In this document: positions 1 through 10,393 of the stretch, piece after piece
Position numbering within the stretch: position 1 is the first letter of the stretch
Layout: the number at the start of each line of letters is the position of its first letter
IMG/VR virus record: IMGVR_UViG_2974671799_000001
Location: 160,001 to 224,000 of that record
Strand: one strand, 5' to 3'
DNA from: a virus
Taxonomy: Duplodnaviria > Caudoviricetes
Length of the DNA: 64,000 nucleotides
Notes under the pieces: generated by a model
What the model was told of the DNA's origin: nothing
The model's database searches: none
The model's input: the letters and a program-made list of their open reading frames with translations, nothing else
Program-made: the position numbers and the translations under genes

Positions 1-2
1 CA

Positions 3-434
3 AGGGGTCTTCCTAGTGATACTGATATAATACAACCTCAACAACAAATTCCTAATGCACCTAATGTTAATGTGCCTATTTCTAATGAATCAGGAAATAA
101 AACAACTATTATCCCTTCACAAAAACAAATTGTTCATGAAAAGGTTGTAGAGAAGGTTATTTATAAAAATCCTTTATTAGATGGTGTTGACCAAGACTCT
201 CCATCATTTTCATTAGTTTCAAATCTTATGGCTTTATCAAAGGATGAGACTGTAAATGTTGATATTTCATTCCAACATATATTTGATTTTAACATAGAAA
301 AGGTTGTAAAGACCGCTAAAACAATGGGTGTTGACCCAAGCTTAGTATCAAAAATTATTTTATCAACTGATGAAGGTATGAATGTATTAGTTGGTGTTTT
401 AACATCTATAATTGAAAAGATAGGCGAAGAGTAA
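3..434 (+). CDS. hypothetical protein (5' partial; frame open from window start)
   Basis: Frame is open from nt 3 (RGLPSDTDIIQPQQQ...) into the listed ORF 72..434, so the true start is probably upstream of the window. Confidence 0.7.
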   Translation, partial: RGLPSDTDIIQPQQQIPNAPNVNVPISNESGNKTTIIPSQKQIVHEKVVEKVIYKNPLLDGVDQDSPSFSLVSNLMALSKDETVNVDISFQHIFDFNIEKVVKTAKTMGVDPSLVSKIILSTDEGMNVLVGVLTSIIEKIGEE

Positions 435-438
435 TAAT

Positions 439-885
439 ATGGATATACTTAAAAGAAAGTTATTAAACGTAGGCGAAAGTTGTTACTTTTTCGTTAGTTC
501 TGTAGAAGACCCTTATGATTATATTAGGATGAAAGGTGTAATTGAAGAGGTTCATAGTGTTAAGGATGAGCAAGTAGTTTATCGAATAAGATTGACAAAT
601 ATTTTTGAAAATGGTGATGTTATAAATACCTATATGAATAGGAATAGTTATCGTGGCTTCGATTTGAAAAGAAAGGTTAATAGGACTCGTTTAATGTACT
701 CTTTTGATTGTAAAAGTGTTGTTGAATTTATCGAAAACAAATTAGAAGATTTCTTATTTGAAGCATCTAGTGCAATGGTTTTTCCAAATCGTGAAGAAAT
801 GGAAAAAGAATATAAGTCAATTTGTAATTATATTTATGAATACTTGCATGAAATTATGGAAAGAAATAAAAAAAGAGGGTCATAA
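439..885 (+). CDS. hypothetical protein
   Basis: 148-aa ORF closely coupled to the upstream gene and followed by a terminator. Confidence 0.75.
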   Translation: MDILKRKLLNVGESCYFFVSSVEDPYDYIRMKGVIEEVHSVKDEQVVYRIRLTNIFENGDVINTYMNRNSYRGFDLKRKVNRTRLMYSFDCKSVVEFIENKLEDFLFEASSAMVFPNREEMEKEYKSICNYIYEYLHEIMERNKKRGS

Positions 886-897
886 CCCTCTTTTTTA
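870..897 (+). terminator. intrinsic terminator
   Basis: aaaagagggt-cata-accctctttttt hairpin plus T-tract. Confidence 0.8.
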
Positions 898-910
898 TTT
901 TTAGTTCTTA

Positions 911-920
911 ACAATAAATA
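911..920 (+). promoter_or_regulatory. putative T4-like late promoter (ACAATAAATA)
   Basis: The AC(A/T)ATAAATA motif recurs 20-65 nt upstream of putative virion genes (911, 12878, 29716, 30715; minus strand 41070-41079 and 43841-43850); resembles the T4 late promoter TATAAATA. Confidence 0.6.
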
Positions 921-940
921 AAGAAAGAATACTTTATATT

Positions 941-2593
941 ATGGAAAAAATAGTTAATGTTGTGAAAGACTTTTTAAATACTGATTCGGAAGGTCTAACA
1001 CCAAAGGAATCTAAATTAAGTGCATCATCTTTACCAAGTGAGAGTTTAAAAACAACAAGCTCTTATGATAGTAAAAATGAAGCTGAACTTCCTAGAGGTG
1101 CAGAGAAATCTGTTTTACCTTCTGGTGAGGTAAAAAATGAAAATATTGAAGCGTTACCACATTCATTATTTTCTGATTATCATTTATTTAGAGCAAAGAC
1201 CGTTAAAGGAGACAATTATCCTTTATTTAATACTGATAAAAAGGATTTAAAAGATACACTTTATAGGGAAATGACACCTGAATATTTAATTAATAATCCT
1301 ATAGGTGCATCAATTTACAAACCTATGGATTTTATTTACTTAGAAAGATTGAGAAAAGTGCCTTTAAATAGAATGATTACACTTAGACGTTTTGCATTTC
1401 CTATTGTTGATGATATATTTTCAATAACACCTGAAAACGATGAACCTGATATTGCTAGAATGATTACGTTTTCAGACCAAGAAAATAACAAGATTAGCGA
1501 TTTGATGTCATTCTCAACAGGTATGAGGTGGAAGGAGCTTGAATCTACTATGGAAGAAATGCAAATGCATGGGCCGCGGGCGGGTGTAGGTGGTTATATG
1601 AGTGACGTAATGAAGTTCATAGACCCTACTTTCGGACAAGATAGATTAAGGGGTGATGTGGCATTATCTTTTGACCCTATGCATGATAGTAATAAAGTTT
1701 ATGGTATGGTTGATTCTATTTCATCAACACATATACGCGATGTTGGATTGAACTTTGAACAAGAGTTTACTTTAACATTCAATTATAAAATGCGCTCATT
1801 CAATGGAATAAATGGAAAAGCCGCGTTTTTAGACCTTATTTCACATATTTTAATGTGTGTAACTAATGATGCTAAGTTTTGGGGTGGTGCTAGATTTTGG
1901 AAAGGTCGAAGACCAACAAAATATATTAAAAACTTAAAGTTCCTATCACCAACATCATTTAATGATTTCTTAAATAAGGCTCACGTTGAGTTTAAGGGAT
2001 TTTTAGGAAAAGGTAGTGGTAATAATCGTCAGGATGCTTTAAACCTTCTTAAAAACGTTGCTACTAATGTTTTTAATATGGGATTTGGTAAGTTATTGGA
2101 TAAAATCGGAAGACCTGCGATACCTTATACAAATTCATTATTAACATCTAATCCTGTTGGAAACTGGCACGTTACTATAGGAAATCCACACAACCCTAGT
2201 ATGACAATTGGTAATTTATTGTTAACAAATACCGTTATAAAGTTTGGTGATGTTTTGGGTCATGATGATTTCCCCGAAGATATTATAGTTGAATGTACAC
2301 TTAAACACGCAATGCCAAGGGGTAAGGCTGAAATAGAACAAATGTTTCAAGGTGGTAGAGGTCGTATGTATTGGAAACCAAAAGATGTATTTGGTTCAAT
2401 GAGTTCTACAGAACCATACTATAATGATAGTGGGAGAAGAATACCATCAAGAGTAAAAACATTACAAGAAAGACAAACATTCACCGAATATCAAAATATG
2501 TATAAAGGTGATTTAAAATTCGGACAATTTGATAAAGCTTCTGTATTAAGGAATGCTAATGAAGTTTGGTCGTTTAATAAAGTTAAAAAATAA
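941..2593 (+). CDS. putative virion structural protein (possible tail-tube-fold baseplate protein, gp48/gp54-like)
   Basis: 550 aa downstream of a late-promoter motif; C-terminal GNLLLTNTVIKF...DDFPEDIIVECTLK resembles tail-tube-fold proteins; function tentative. Confidence 0.45.
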   Translation: MEKIVNVVKDFLNTDSEGLTPKESKLSASSLPSESLKTTSSYDSKNEAELPRGAEKSVLPSGEVKNENIEALPHSLFSDYHLFRAKTVKGDNYPLFNTDKKDLKDTLYREMTPEYLINNPIGASIYKPMDFIYLERLRKVPLNRMITLRRFAFPIVDDIFSITPENDEPDIARMITFSDQENNKISDLMSFSTGMRWKELESTMEEMQMHGPRAGVGGYMSDVMKFIDPTFGQDRLRGDVALSFDPMHDSNKVYGMVDSISSTHIRDVGLNFEQEFTLTFNYKMRSFNGINGKAAFLDLISHILMCVTNDAKFWGGARFWKGRRPTKYIKNLKFLSPTSFNDFLNKAHVEFKGFLGKGSGNNRQDALNLLKNVATNVFNMGFGKLLDKIGRPAIPYTNSLLTSNPVGNWHVTIGNPHNPSMTIGNLLLTNTVIKFGDVLGHDDFPEDIIVECTLKHAMPRGKAEIEQMFQGGRGRMYWKPKDVFGSMSSTEPYYNDSGRRIPSRVKTLQERQTFTEYQNMYKGDLKFGQFDKASVLRNANEVWSFNKVKK

Positions 2594-2609
2594 TATTTAA
2601 AACAAAATA

Positions 2610-2930
2610 ATGAAACATATTGATATTAAAGAATACTTAACCAATGTATTCGAAAGTAAAGGTGATTGGGAAAAGGAAGTTGATTCGTGTGAAGATGGTT
2701 CATGTGATGCTAAAAATAAAGAGGAACGCAAAAAAGAACGTGCTAAAAATCTTGGATATGCTGAAAAAGAACTGGATAAGGAAAAGAAAGATGCTGAGAA
2801 AGAAGAAAAAGAAAAGGAAAAAGGTAATGAAGAAAATGATATTAATACTTTAGGTACTGATAATGATGGTGAAGGTGAAAAAGATAATTTTGAAATTGAT
2901 GGTGTTCAAGTTGATTTTGATGATGAATAA
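2610..2930 (+). CDS. highly charged small protein, putative internal head protein
   Basis: E/K/D-rich; N-terminus MKHIDIKEYLTNVFES resembles the T4 capsid-targeting sequence. Confidence 0.6.
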   Translation: MKHIDIKEYLTNVFESKGDWEKEVDSCEDGSCDAKNKEERKKERAKNLGYAEKELDKEKKDAEKEEKEKEKGNEENDINTLGTDNDGEGEKDNFEIDGVQVDFDDE

Positions 2931-2984
2931 AGTCTATATAAACTATACATATTGTAAAGAAAAATTAATTTAATTTTTAAAAAT

Positions 2985-3527
2985 ATGGCTTTAATTAATA
3001 ACGATGGTATTTATGTTACTGTTGGGAGTATATCTTATAATAAGAGTAATGTATTAATGATAAGTAAATCCGATGGTGATATAGTTAATGTATTATTTTC
3101 TAGTGCGCAGAGTGTATCATTTTCATTAAAAGAATTTGGTGAAGATAATGGGTTTAATACGGTTGATGAATTATATAACCACCTTAAAACAATTTTCACA
3201 TCAGAAAGTGTGGGAACTGGGGGAACTGGGGGAACTGGTATTATAAAATCAAATAACACAGTAAAAAATATTATAAATAGTTCATCAACAAGTATAAAGT
3301 TGGTAGAATCTTCTGAATCAACTAATGAAATTTTAATAAAAAATGTATCAGATAATGGTCATAAACTTTTTATAAGTAAGGTTAATCCATCAACATTTGA
3401 AGAAATAGTTGTTTTATCTGATGGTGATATTTTTTCATTGAAAAATTATACTGGTGATGTTTTTGGTATTTGGGAATCTGTTGATGCTCAAACAAAGGCT
3501 ATTATAGAAATAATGAAAAAAGTTTAA
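2985..3527 (+). CDS. putative virion structural protein
   Basis: 180 aa, beta-rich, with a GTGGTGGTG linker encoded by 9-nt tandem repeats near 3212-3238. Confidence 0.6.
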   Translation: MALINNDGIYVTVGSISYNKSNVLMISKSDGDIVNVLFSSAQSVSFSLKEFGEDNGFNTVDELYNHLKTIFTSESVGTGGTGGTGIIKSNNTVKNIINSSSTSIKLVESSESTNEILIKNVSDNGHKLFISKVNPSTFEEIVVLSDGDIFSLKNYTGDVFGIWESVDAQTKAIIEIMKKV

Positions 3528-3528
3528 T

Positions 3529-4128
3529 ATGAGTAGTACAGAAATAATTAAAAGTAAAATAAATAGAGAGGTTTTAGACAAAAGGTTAAAACTAACATAT
3601 AAGTTTGATACTTTAAATGATGTATTGGGTTCAGACATTAAATTTGAAGTTGGTGATTGTGTTAATATTGGCGATTTCACATATGAATTAAAAAACAAGG
3701 ACAATTTAATAGAAAATTGGCATAAAAAATCTGTTAAGAAAACAGGTATAATTAATTCAAATATATCACAAACACTTTTTGAAGATACTGATAATTATTT
3801 AACAATATCATGGGATGCTACATATAAACAACCAACATACACAGTTAATAATTGGGGTTGGCACGATGGTAGTATATTTAAAATTGATGGTAATTCTTCA
3901 AAAAGAAGGGCTGAGGCTGATGATAGAAGTTCAGGGAATGGTACATTTTACTTCACTAATGGTGGGGAAAGGAAAAATGAATATGATATGGAAAACTATG
4001 GTTCATATCTTTTCGCAACATTAGTTAAAGAAACATTTGAATCAACAGAATCTTTTCCATCAGTATTTTTACAGGTTAATACTGGTAGTATAGGAGCTTG
4101 TAGTTATATATTAAATATAGTTTATTAA
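3529..4128 (+). CDS. hypothetical protein (putative virion-associated)
   Basis: 199-aa ORF directly coupled to the upstream gene. Confidence 0.65.
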   Translation: MSSTEIIKSKINREVLDKRLKLTYKFDTLNDVLGSDIKFEVGDCVNIGDFTYELKNKDNLIENWHKKSVKKTGIINSNISQTLFEDTDNYLTISWDATYKQPTYTVNNWGWHDGSIFKIDGNSSKRRAEADDRSSGNGTFYFTNGGERKNEYDMENYGSYLFATLVKETFESTESFPSVFLQVNTGSIGACSYILNIVY

Positions 4129-4145
4129 CTAATAAAAACAAATAT

Positions 4146-4949
4146 ATGGTTTTTTATAATAAAAATTCAAATAATACGGATGATTTAGATATATCATTAG
4201 ATATAAAATTTTGTCAAAATCATAATTGGGATTATGGTGTTTATAACGATGAATTTGATATTAACACCGAAAGGCTAACATTAGAAAATGATGGTATAAC
4301 TATTACAAAATTAGAAAGAGTATTTGTAAGAGAAGTTTTTAAAAGTCTTAGAATTTCAAAAATATTGGATTCAACTATAAGTAATATAAAAGACTTTGAT
4401 TTCACACTACTTTCAGAACTTACTAAGGTATCACCACTTTATGACAAAGGTAGGAAAATTAAATCAGATTATATTAATAATGGTGAAATTTTTGTTGAAA
4501 AAATATTTACAGATGTGATAAATGATAGTAAGTTATCAGGTATTGAAATGACAATAAATTGGTTTAATACGGATGATAGTATTGGTTTGACTAAAACACA
4601 AATTGTTAAAAACTTCAACCCTGCTGAAAGAAAAACAGAATTAAGGAAAAGAAGAACAAGAGTAATTGATTACCTAATAGCAAGTGCAGAGGAAAGCGGT
4701 AATGGTTTTGTTATTGATATATTACTTAAAAAGTTTAAGATTGAGATAGAGCTTTTTATCGAAAATGGTACACAAGATTTTGAAAATGCATTAATTTTTG
4801 AATCAACAAATGAAAATTCAGATGTGGCTTTTAATAATGGTTCTATGGATATAACATACATGATGATTTTGAATACTCTATTACCACCAACAGAAACTTA
4901 TCCTGATGGTCAAAAGATAGTTGATGGTATTTTAGAAGAAATTACATAA
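4146..4949 (+). CDS. hypothetical protein
   Basis: 267-aa ORF in an operon upstream of the endolysin. Confidence 0.7.
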   Translation: MVFYNKNSNNTDDLDISLDIKFCQNHNWDYGVYNDEFDINTERLTLENDGITITKLERVFVREVFKSLRISKILDSTISNIKDFDFTLLSELTKVSPLYDKGRKIKSDYINNGEIFVEKIFTDVINDSKLSGIEMTINWFNTDDSIGLTKTQIVKNFNPAERKTELRKRRTRVIDYLIASAEESGNGFVIDILLKKFKIEIELFIENGTQDFENALIFESTNENSDVAFNNGSMDITYMMILNTLLPPTETYPDGQKIVDGILEEIT

Positions 4950-4957
4950 AATAAAAT

Positions 4958-5569
4958 ATGAAAACAAATACATATAAAATTATTATTGATTGCGGTCATG
5001 GTGGGATTAAAAACAATGTTTACACCACCTATCCAAACAAAATGCATAAATTCCAAAATGGTGAAATAGCATATGAGGGTGTTATAAATAGAAATATAGG
5101 AAAAGTTCTTAATGAAAAATTAGAGCTAAATGATTTTAAAACTATTTTTATTGTAGAACCATCAGACCCAACAGATTTGCCATTAACTGAAAGAGTTAAA
5201 AAAGCTAATAAAATAAAAAATAGCTTATACATTTCTATTCATTGTAATGCATTTAATACAAAAGCGCGTGGGTTTGAAGTTTGGACTTCAAAAGGAGAAA
5301 CCAAAAGTGATAAACTTGCTGAACTTGTTTATAAGCAAGTTGAAAAACATATGGATTTGAGAATGAGAAAAGATACAACAGATGGTGACCATGATAAAGA
5401 GTCGCAATTCTATGTTCTTAAAAATACAAATATGCCAGCTATTCTTTTAGAATGTCTTTTCTTTGATAATTGGGATGATTATCAACTATCTAAAGATGAG
5501 TGTTTTATTGACAAATTATGTGACTGTTTTGTTTCAGGTATAATTGAATTTATTAATACACAAAAATAA
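4958..5569 (+). CDS. N-acetylmuramoyl-L-alanine amidase (Amidase_3), endolysin
   Basis: IIIDCGHGG, YEG, SIHCNA, GFEVW, VLKNTNMPAILLECLF Zn-amidase motifs. Confidence 0.92.
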   Translation: MKTNTYKIIIDCGHGGIKNNVYTTYPNKMHKFQNGEIAYEGVINRNIGKVLNEKLELNDFKTIFIVEPSDPTDLPLTERVKKANKIKNSLYISIHCNAFNTKARGFEVWTSKGETKSDKLAELVYKQVEKHMDLRMRKDTTDGDHDKESQFYVLKNTNMPAILLECLFFDNWDDYQLSKDECFIDKLCDCFVSGIIEFINTQK

Positions 5570-5644
5570 GCCTGAAAAGTTGATTTAGAAACGATATATA
5601 GGATAAGGAGCAGTTATAAAAATAATTTTTAAATCAAGAAAGGC

Positions 5645-6226
5645 ATGAATTTTAATTGGATAATAGAATCTTTAAAAGCTGTTAAAGAAATTTCTATTAA
5701 GAAAATGATTATTTTATTTATTTGTATTTATCCACTTTTTACTGTAGTTTACTTCAAAGATGAATTGTCAATGTTATTCAAAAAGAATGTATCTATAGTG
5801 GAAGTGAGAGAATTAAACAAAGTTATACGTTTAACAAATAATTTAAAAGATGAGTATAATACATCGTTTGTTTCTGTTTGGGTTTATCAACCAAGTGGTG
5901 ATGAAAAGTTATATAAAGAACGTGTTTCTTATAGTGGTGATTATCGTAATAAATTCATTGATTTAGAAAAAGTTAACCTAATTCAACATCCTAATTTATT
6001 AAATTCACTTCGAAACAATAAATATATTAAAGTAGATAAAAATTCAAGCTTTGAATTGAGTAAATTGGTATCAGCTTATGAGGTTGGTGTTTTATATATC
6101 ATTCCTATTAAGAATGAATACGGATTATTAGTTGCCGAAGTAATGGTGGCTTTTGATAAAGAATTAAACCAAGATAAAATAGAAAAATTAATTAACTCTA
6201 CCGAATTGATAAGAATTTTAATGTAA
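5645..6226 (+). CDS. T4 T-holin-like protein (N-terminal TM plus GAF-like domain)
   Basis: Single TM (IILFICIYPLFTVVYF), then FVSVWVYQP...YIIPIKNEYGLLVAEVMVAF GAF-like pattern as in the T4 holin T periplasmic domain; adjacent to the endolysin. Confidence 0.55.
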   Translation: MNFNWIIESLKAVKEISIKKMIILFICIYPLFTVVYFKDELSMLFKKNVSIVEVRELNKVIRLTNNLKDEYNTSFVSVWVYQPSGDEKLYKERVSYSGDYRNKFIDLEKVNLIQHPNLLNSLRNNKYIKVDKNSSFELSKLVSAYEVGVLYIIPIKNEYGLLVAEVMVAFDKELNQDKIEKLINSTELIRILM

Positions 6227-6228
6227 TC

Positions 6229-6801
6229 ATGAAAAGAATCGTTGAAAGAACACCTAAATGGTGTTATGTGACCCTTATAGTATTAGTTGTTATGGGTTCT
6301 ATCATACACACAACTAGTATTGTAACAAAAAATATAATCGAGCAAAAAATGGCTGATGTTGAGCTTTGTAAAATTGAAAATGAAAAAGATTTCATTGATT
6401 TACAACAATACTTCCAAAATCGTTATGGTGCTGATGCATCATTGACATATATTTTGCAACCAAAAGACTATATTAAATTATATAAAGAATTAGTTAATGT
6501 AGAGTCTAAAGATAGTACTTATCTTTCTGTACCTAGAAAGAGTATTCTAAGTAAAGAAAAGAAGCTACAAATAGACTTGATGAAAAAGAAATATGTAAGA
6601 ATTGATTCAACAACTAGTTATGAAAATAATAGCATAATTGGCACAAATTGTTTTAAAACTGCTTATGTTTTTCCTATACTTCAACATCAAACACACGTTT
6701 CCGAAATAGTGTTTTTATTCAACGATGAAAAACGGTTTACTGATAAAGAACTTAATGTAATGCTTCACGAAATACAAGCATTATCTAGATACATAAAATA
6801 G
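6229..6801 (+). CDS. second T-holin-like / GAF-like membrane protein
   Basis: N-terminal TM; YGADASLTYILQPKD..KLYKE and AYVFPI...VSEIVFLF parallel the upstream gene; ends in TAG. Confidence 0.5.
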   Translation: MKRIVERTPKWCYVTLIVLVVMGSIIHTTSIVTKNIIEQKMADVELCKIENEKDFIDLQQYFQNRYGADASLTYILQPKDYIKLYKELVNVESKDSTYLSVPRKSILSKEKKLQIDLMKKKYVRIDSTTSYENNSIIGTNCFKTAYVFPILQHQTHVSEIVFLFNDEKRFTDKELNVMLHEIQALSRYIK

Positions 6802-6881
6802 ACTTTAAAAGAAAAAATGGAATTTCCCTTGGAAGTTCCATTTTTCTTTTTTACATTTGTGTAATATTAAAATAAATATAA

Positions 6882-7241
6882 ATGAACAAAAATAAATCAA
6901 TACTTGAATCTTTCAAAACTAGATTCAAAAACGAAATCGAAAAGTTAGATATTAAGATGTTAAACGAGTTGAAAGAACCTACTTACATCTATACTTTAAA
7001 GGATATGGAAAATAGAAGACAAAAATTATATTGTCAAGTAGATGTGATTGAGAATCTTTTAAATAATGAAGTACTCTTAGATAACCCAAATAAAACAATA
7101 GATGTATTAAATAATGATATACATCACCTAAAAATAGGTGTTAAACAACATATTCTAAACAAAAGTATGTCTGTCAATACATTTATAGATATGGTGTATC
7201 GAAAAGAGTTTATGATTCAAATGATTAAAATGTTATCATAA
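6882..7241 (+). CDS. hypothetical protein
   Basis: 119-aa ORF behind a hairpin plus TAcaTTTG promoter. Confidence 0.7.
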   Translation: MNKNKSILESFKTRFKNEIEKLDIKMLNELKEPTYIYTLKDMENRRQKLYCQVDVIENLLNNEVLLDNPNKTIDVLNNDIHHLKIGVKQHILNKSMSVNTFIDMVYRKEFMIQMIKMLS

Positions 7242-7308
7242 ATTAGTCTAAAAAATTACAAAAAATATTTTGTTAGTATGATATTATTTTATATCTTTGC
7301 TACTCAAA

Positions 7309-7513
7309 TAAAACTGTGGAGTAACCGTCGAGACTTAACCATCCTTCGGAAAAGTTATACACAAAATATATACATAGAAAAATTTAATTGAAATGATTAG
7401 GCGGTGAAATTCCGAAGTTACCATATTTTAGACTTGGTTAAGGAGTAGTTTTAATGGTCGCGAAATTATTATATTAAAGAAACCCATCACACATTTTGAT
7501 GGGTTTCTTTTTA
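7309..7513 (+). ncRNA. putative structured RNA or cis-regulatory leader upstream of thyA
   Basis: Promoter TAtcTTTG near 7292; nested helices taaaactgt/gtagtttta, cttaacca/tggttaag, cttcggaa/ttccgaag; ends in terminator gaaacccatca...tgatgggtttctttt; no sizeable ORF. Confidence 0.55.
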
Positions 7514-7543
7514 AAAAAGAAATAATTAAAAACAGATAAATAT

Positions 7544-8503
7544 ATGAAGCAATATTTAGATATTTTACGCCATGTTAGAGAAAATGGTGATTTAAAAGCT
7601 GATAGAACAGGAGTTGGAACAATTTCTTGTTTTGGGTTACAGATGCAACCTATAGACCTTAGAAAAGGTTTACCAGTTGTGACGACAAAGAAAATACATT
7701 TGCCATCAGTAATTCATGAGTTATTATGGTTCTTTAAAGGTACTGATAAAATCGATTATCTTACTGAAAATAAAGTACGTATATGGAATGAATGGGCTGT
7801 TGACAACTCAATAGGTAATATGTATGGTGTTCAATGGATGAAATGGAAGTGTTCAAACGGTGAAGAGATTAACCAAATTGAAGATATGTTGGAGCTTCTT
7901 AAAACAAATCCTGATTCTAGAAGGAATGTTGTAACTTCATGGAATCCCGAAACTATTCCTGATTCAAAGAAATCATTCAAAGAAAATATCGAGAATGGGA
8001 AGGGTGCTTTAGCAAATTGTCACGGATTTTTCCAAGTTTATACGGCAATTATCCCAACATACGAAAGAATGGAACTTTTCAAAAAAGAATATCCATTAAA
8101 GTATGGAGATATGGTTTATGATAAACTAAGAACTTCCGAATTTGATGAGTATTTAGATAAAGTTGGTTTTCCAAAACGTTATTTGGATATGAAACATTAT
8201 ATCAGAAGTAATGACCTTTTCCTTGGCGCGCCTTTCAATATCACATCATATTGTTTAATGATGGAAATGATTTGTAAAGAGGTTAACATGATTCCTAGAT
8301 TTTATCATCACACTTTCGGTGATGCACATATCTATACTAATCATTTAGAACAAGTTGATTTACAATTAACTAGAGAGCCTAAAAAGCTTCCAACATTGAG
8401 ACTTAATCCGAATGTTAAGCGTGTTGTTGATTTCAGGTTTGAAGATTTTGAAATCATAGGTTATGACCCACACCCTCATATTAAAGGTAAAGTAGCAGTA
8501 TAA
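7544..8503 (+). CDS. thyA: thymidylate synthase
   Basis: DRTGVGT, ELLWF, IWNEWA, YGVQW, PDSRR, catalytic CH, RSNDLFLGAPFN, DAHIY motifs. Confidence 0.97.
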   Translation: MKQYLDILRHVRENGDLKADRTGVGTISCFGLQMQPIDLRKGLPVVTTKKIHLPSVIHELLWFFKGTDKIDYLTENKVRIWNEWAVDNSIGNMYGVQWMKWKCSNGEEINQIEDMLELLKTNPDSRRNVVTSWNPETIPDSKKSFKENIENGKGALANCHGFFQVYTAIIPTYERMELFKKEYPLKYGDMVYDKLRTSEFDEYLDKVGFPKRYLDMKHYIRSNDLFLGAPFNITSYCLMMEMICKEVNMIPRFYHHTFGDAHIYTNHLEQVDLQLTREPKKLPTLRLNPNVKRVVDFRFEDFEIIGYDPHPHIKGKVAV

Positions 8504-8504
8504 T

Positions 8505-9218
8505 ATGGAGCTAAAGATTTTAAACAAAGTACAACTATCAAAAGCATCCGATTTAAAATTAAATCGGATGCAAATAGAAGAGTCAATCAAACAACTAAAT
8601 CTAAGAAATGATTATGGTTTTTTCGTTCCAATCGGAACTGGAAAATTAACTAACTATATTGATTTAGATGAAATAGCTTTTATTGCTTATAATTTTAGAT
8701 TAATTGATGGATGGATTACAGCCGATTTAAGAGCATCTAAAGAAGTTTATGGTTACTTTATTGATGAAGCCATTTTAAATAGCTCAGATTGGATAAAAGA
8801 GCGTATAAAATTCATTCCTGAGTATGATAACGATTTGATTATTTGGTGGAATTTAGAAAATGTTCATAGTTCTAATAAAAAGAAAAAAGAACAATTATTA
8901 GATGAGCCTAAAAAGTCTATTATTTCAAATGGTCAAAAAATGCTTAAAATGAATTTTTGTTTCCTTCTACCAAAAAACTTTAAAGGTAGTTTGGATGATG
9001 CTTTTAATTATTTTGTTGAACAATATAAGTTGAAATCAGAACTTAGTGAAATTAATGAATATGACGATGATGTTAATGTTGATAATGACCATAATGATAT
9101 CATTTATAAATGGGCTAATCTTGCACAAAAACAAGGTTATAGGTTCTATTCAGAGTCGAGTTTAAATGAAATTGAAACAGATGAAAATGGTAAAATAATG
9201 AGTATCAATTCATTGTAA
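8505..9218 (+). CDS. hypothetical protein
   Basis: 237-aa ORF coupled to thyA. Confidence 0.75.
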   Translation: MELKILNKVQLSKASDLKLNRMQIEESIKQLNLRNDYGFFVPIGTGKLTNYIDLDEIAFIAYNFRLIDGWITADLRASKEVYGYFIDEAILNSSDWIKERIKFIPEYDNDLIIWWNLENVHSSNKKKKEQLLDEPKKSIISNGQKMLKMNFCFLLPKNFKGSLDDAFNYFVEQYKLKSELSEINEYDDDVNVDNDHNDIIYKWANLAQKQGYRFYSESSLNEIETDENGKIMSINSL

Positions 9219-9323
9219 AATTATTGTAAATAAAATACAAAAACAGTTGCATAATATGTAACTGTTTTTTAATTTTGCGGTAAAGTATAAATAATAATAC
9301 ACACATTAAATTAGTTAACATAT

Positions 9324-10316
9324 ATGGAAGGACAAAACACACAAATCGAGCCTATTTTGGTTGAAAATCCTAATAGATTCGTTATATTCCCAATTCAACA
9401 TAATGATATTTGGGAAATGTATAAAAATCAACAAGCGATGTACTGGACGGCAGAGGAATTGGATTTACAATCAGACTTGAATGATTGGAATAACAAGCTT
9501 AATGATAATGAAAGATACTATATCAAACACATCTTAGCATTCTTTGCGGCATCTGATGGAATTGTAAATGAAAATCTTTGTGAAAACTTTGTTGCAGAAG
9601 TTCAATATACAGAAGCTAAATTTTTCTACAGTTTTCAAATGATGATGGAAAATATTCACTCTGAAACATATTCACTTTTAATTGATACATATGTTAAAGA
9701 TGAATTAGAAAAAGATAAATTATTTAAGGCAATCGAAAACTTTCCTGCAATAAAAGAAAAAGCTGAATGGGCTTTAAAATGGATTGAATCTCCATCGTTT
9801 GCTGAAAGACTTATTGCGTTCGCCGCTGTTGAGGGAATTTTCTTTAGTGGTGCTTTTTGTTCTATTTTTTGGCTTAAAAAACGTGGTCTTATGGCAGGTC
9901 TTACATTCTCTAATGAGTTGATTTCTCGTGATGAAGGATTACATTGTGACTTCGCAATACACTTGCATAAGAATCATGTTATTAATCAAGTACCTAAAGA
10001 AAGAATTACAGAAATTTTAGTTTCAGCATTGGATATAGAGCGTGGTTTCATTACAGAATCTTTACCAGTTAGTTTAATTGGTATGAACTCAAAATTAATG
10101 ACACAGTACTTAGAATTTGTTACAGATAGATTATTGACAGAGTTCGGATGTGAAAAGGTTTACAACTCTCAAAATCCTTTTGATTTCATGGAAATGCAAT
10201 CACTACAAGGTAAAACAAACTTCTTTGAGAAGAGAGTTTCGGAGTATCAAAAAGCGGGTGTTAAAAATAGCGCATTCGGTAAAAAAGATACATTCGATAT
10301 TGACTTAGATTTTTAA
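9324..10316 (+). CDS. nrdB: ribonucleotide reductase class Ia beta subunit
   Basis: [38 protein letters not shown] di-iron and tyrosyl-radical motifs. Confidence 0.97.
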   Translation: MEGQNTQIEPILVENPNRFVIFPIQHNDIWEMYKNQQAMYWTAEELDLQSDLNDWNNKLNDNERYYIKHILAFFAASDGIVNENLCENFVAEVQYTEAKFFYSFQMMMENIHSETYSLLIDTYVKDELEKDKLFKAIENFPAIKEKAEWALKWIESPSFAERLIAFAAVEGIFFSGAFCSIFWLKKRGLMAGLTFSNELISRDEGLHCDFAIHLHKNHVINQVPKERITEILVSALDIERGFITESLPVSLIGMNSKLMTQYLEFVTDRLLTEFGCEKVYNSQNPFDFMEMQSLQGKTNFFEKRVSEYQKAGVKNSAFGKKDTFDIDLDF

Positions 10317-10393
10317 TCAAACCAAAAATATAAAACAATTTATGAACCGCTTTTTTAAAGCGGTTCTTTAACCTACAAAACCATTATTTTTAA

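Noticed and set aside
7320-7340. ccgtcgagact resembles the group I intron R element
   Set aside because: No downstream S element is present, and no interrupted gene flanks it.
7544-8503. thyA as a dCMP/dUMP hydroxymethylase for DNA modification
   Set aside because: It retains standard ThyA motifs, including the PFN asparagine for dUMP specificity, and DHFR is present; the internal insertion alone is not evidence.
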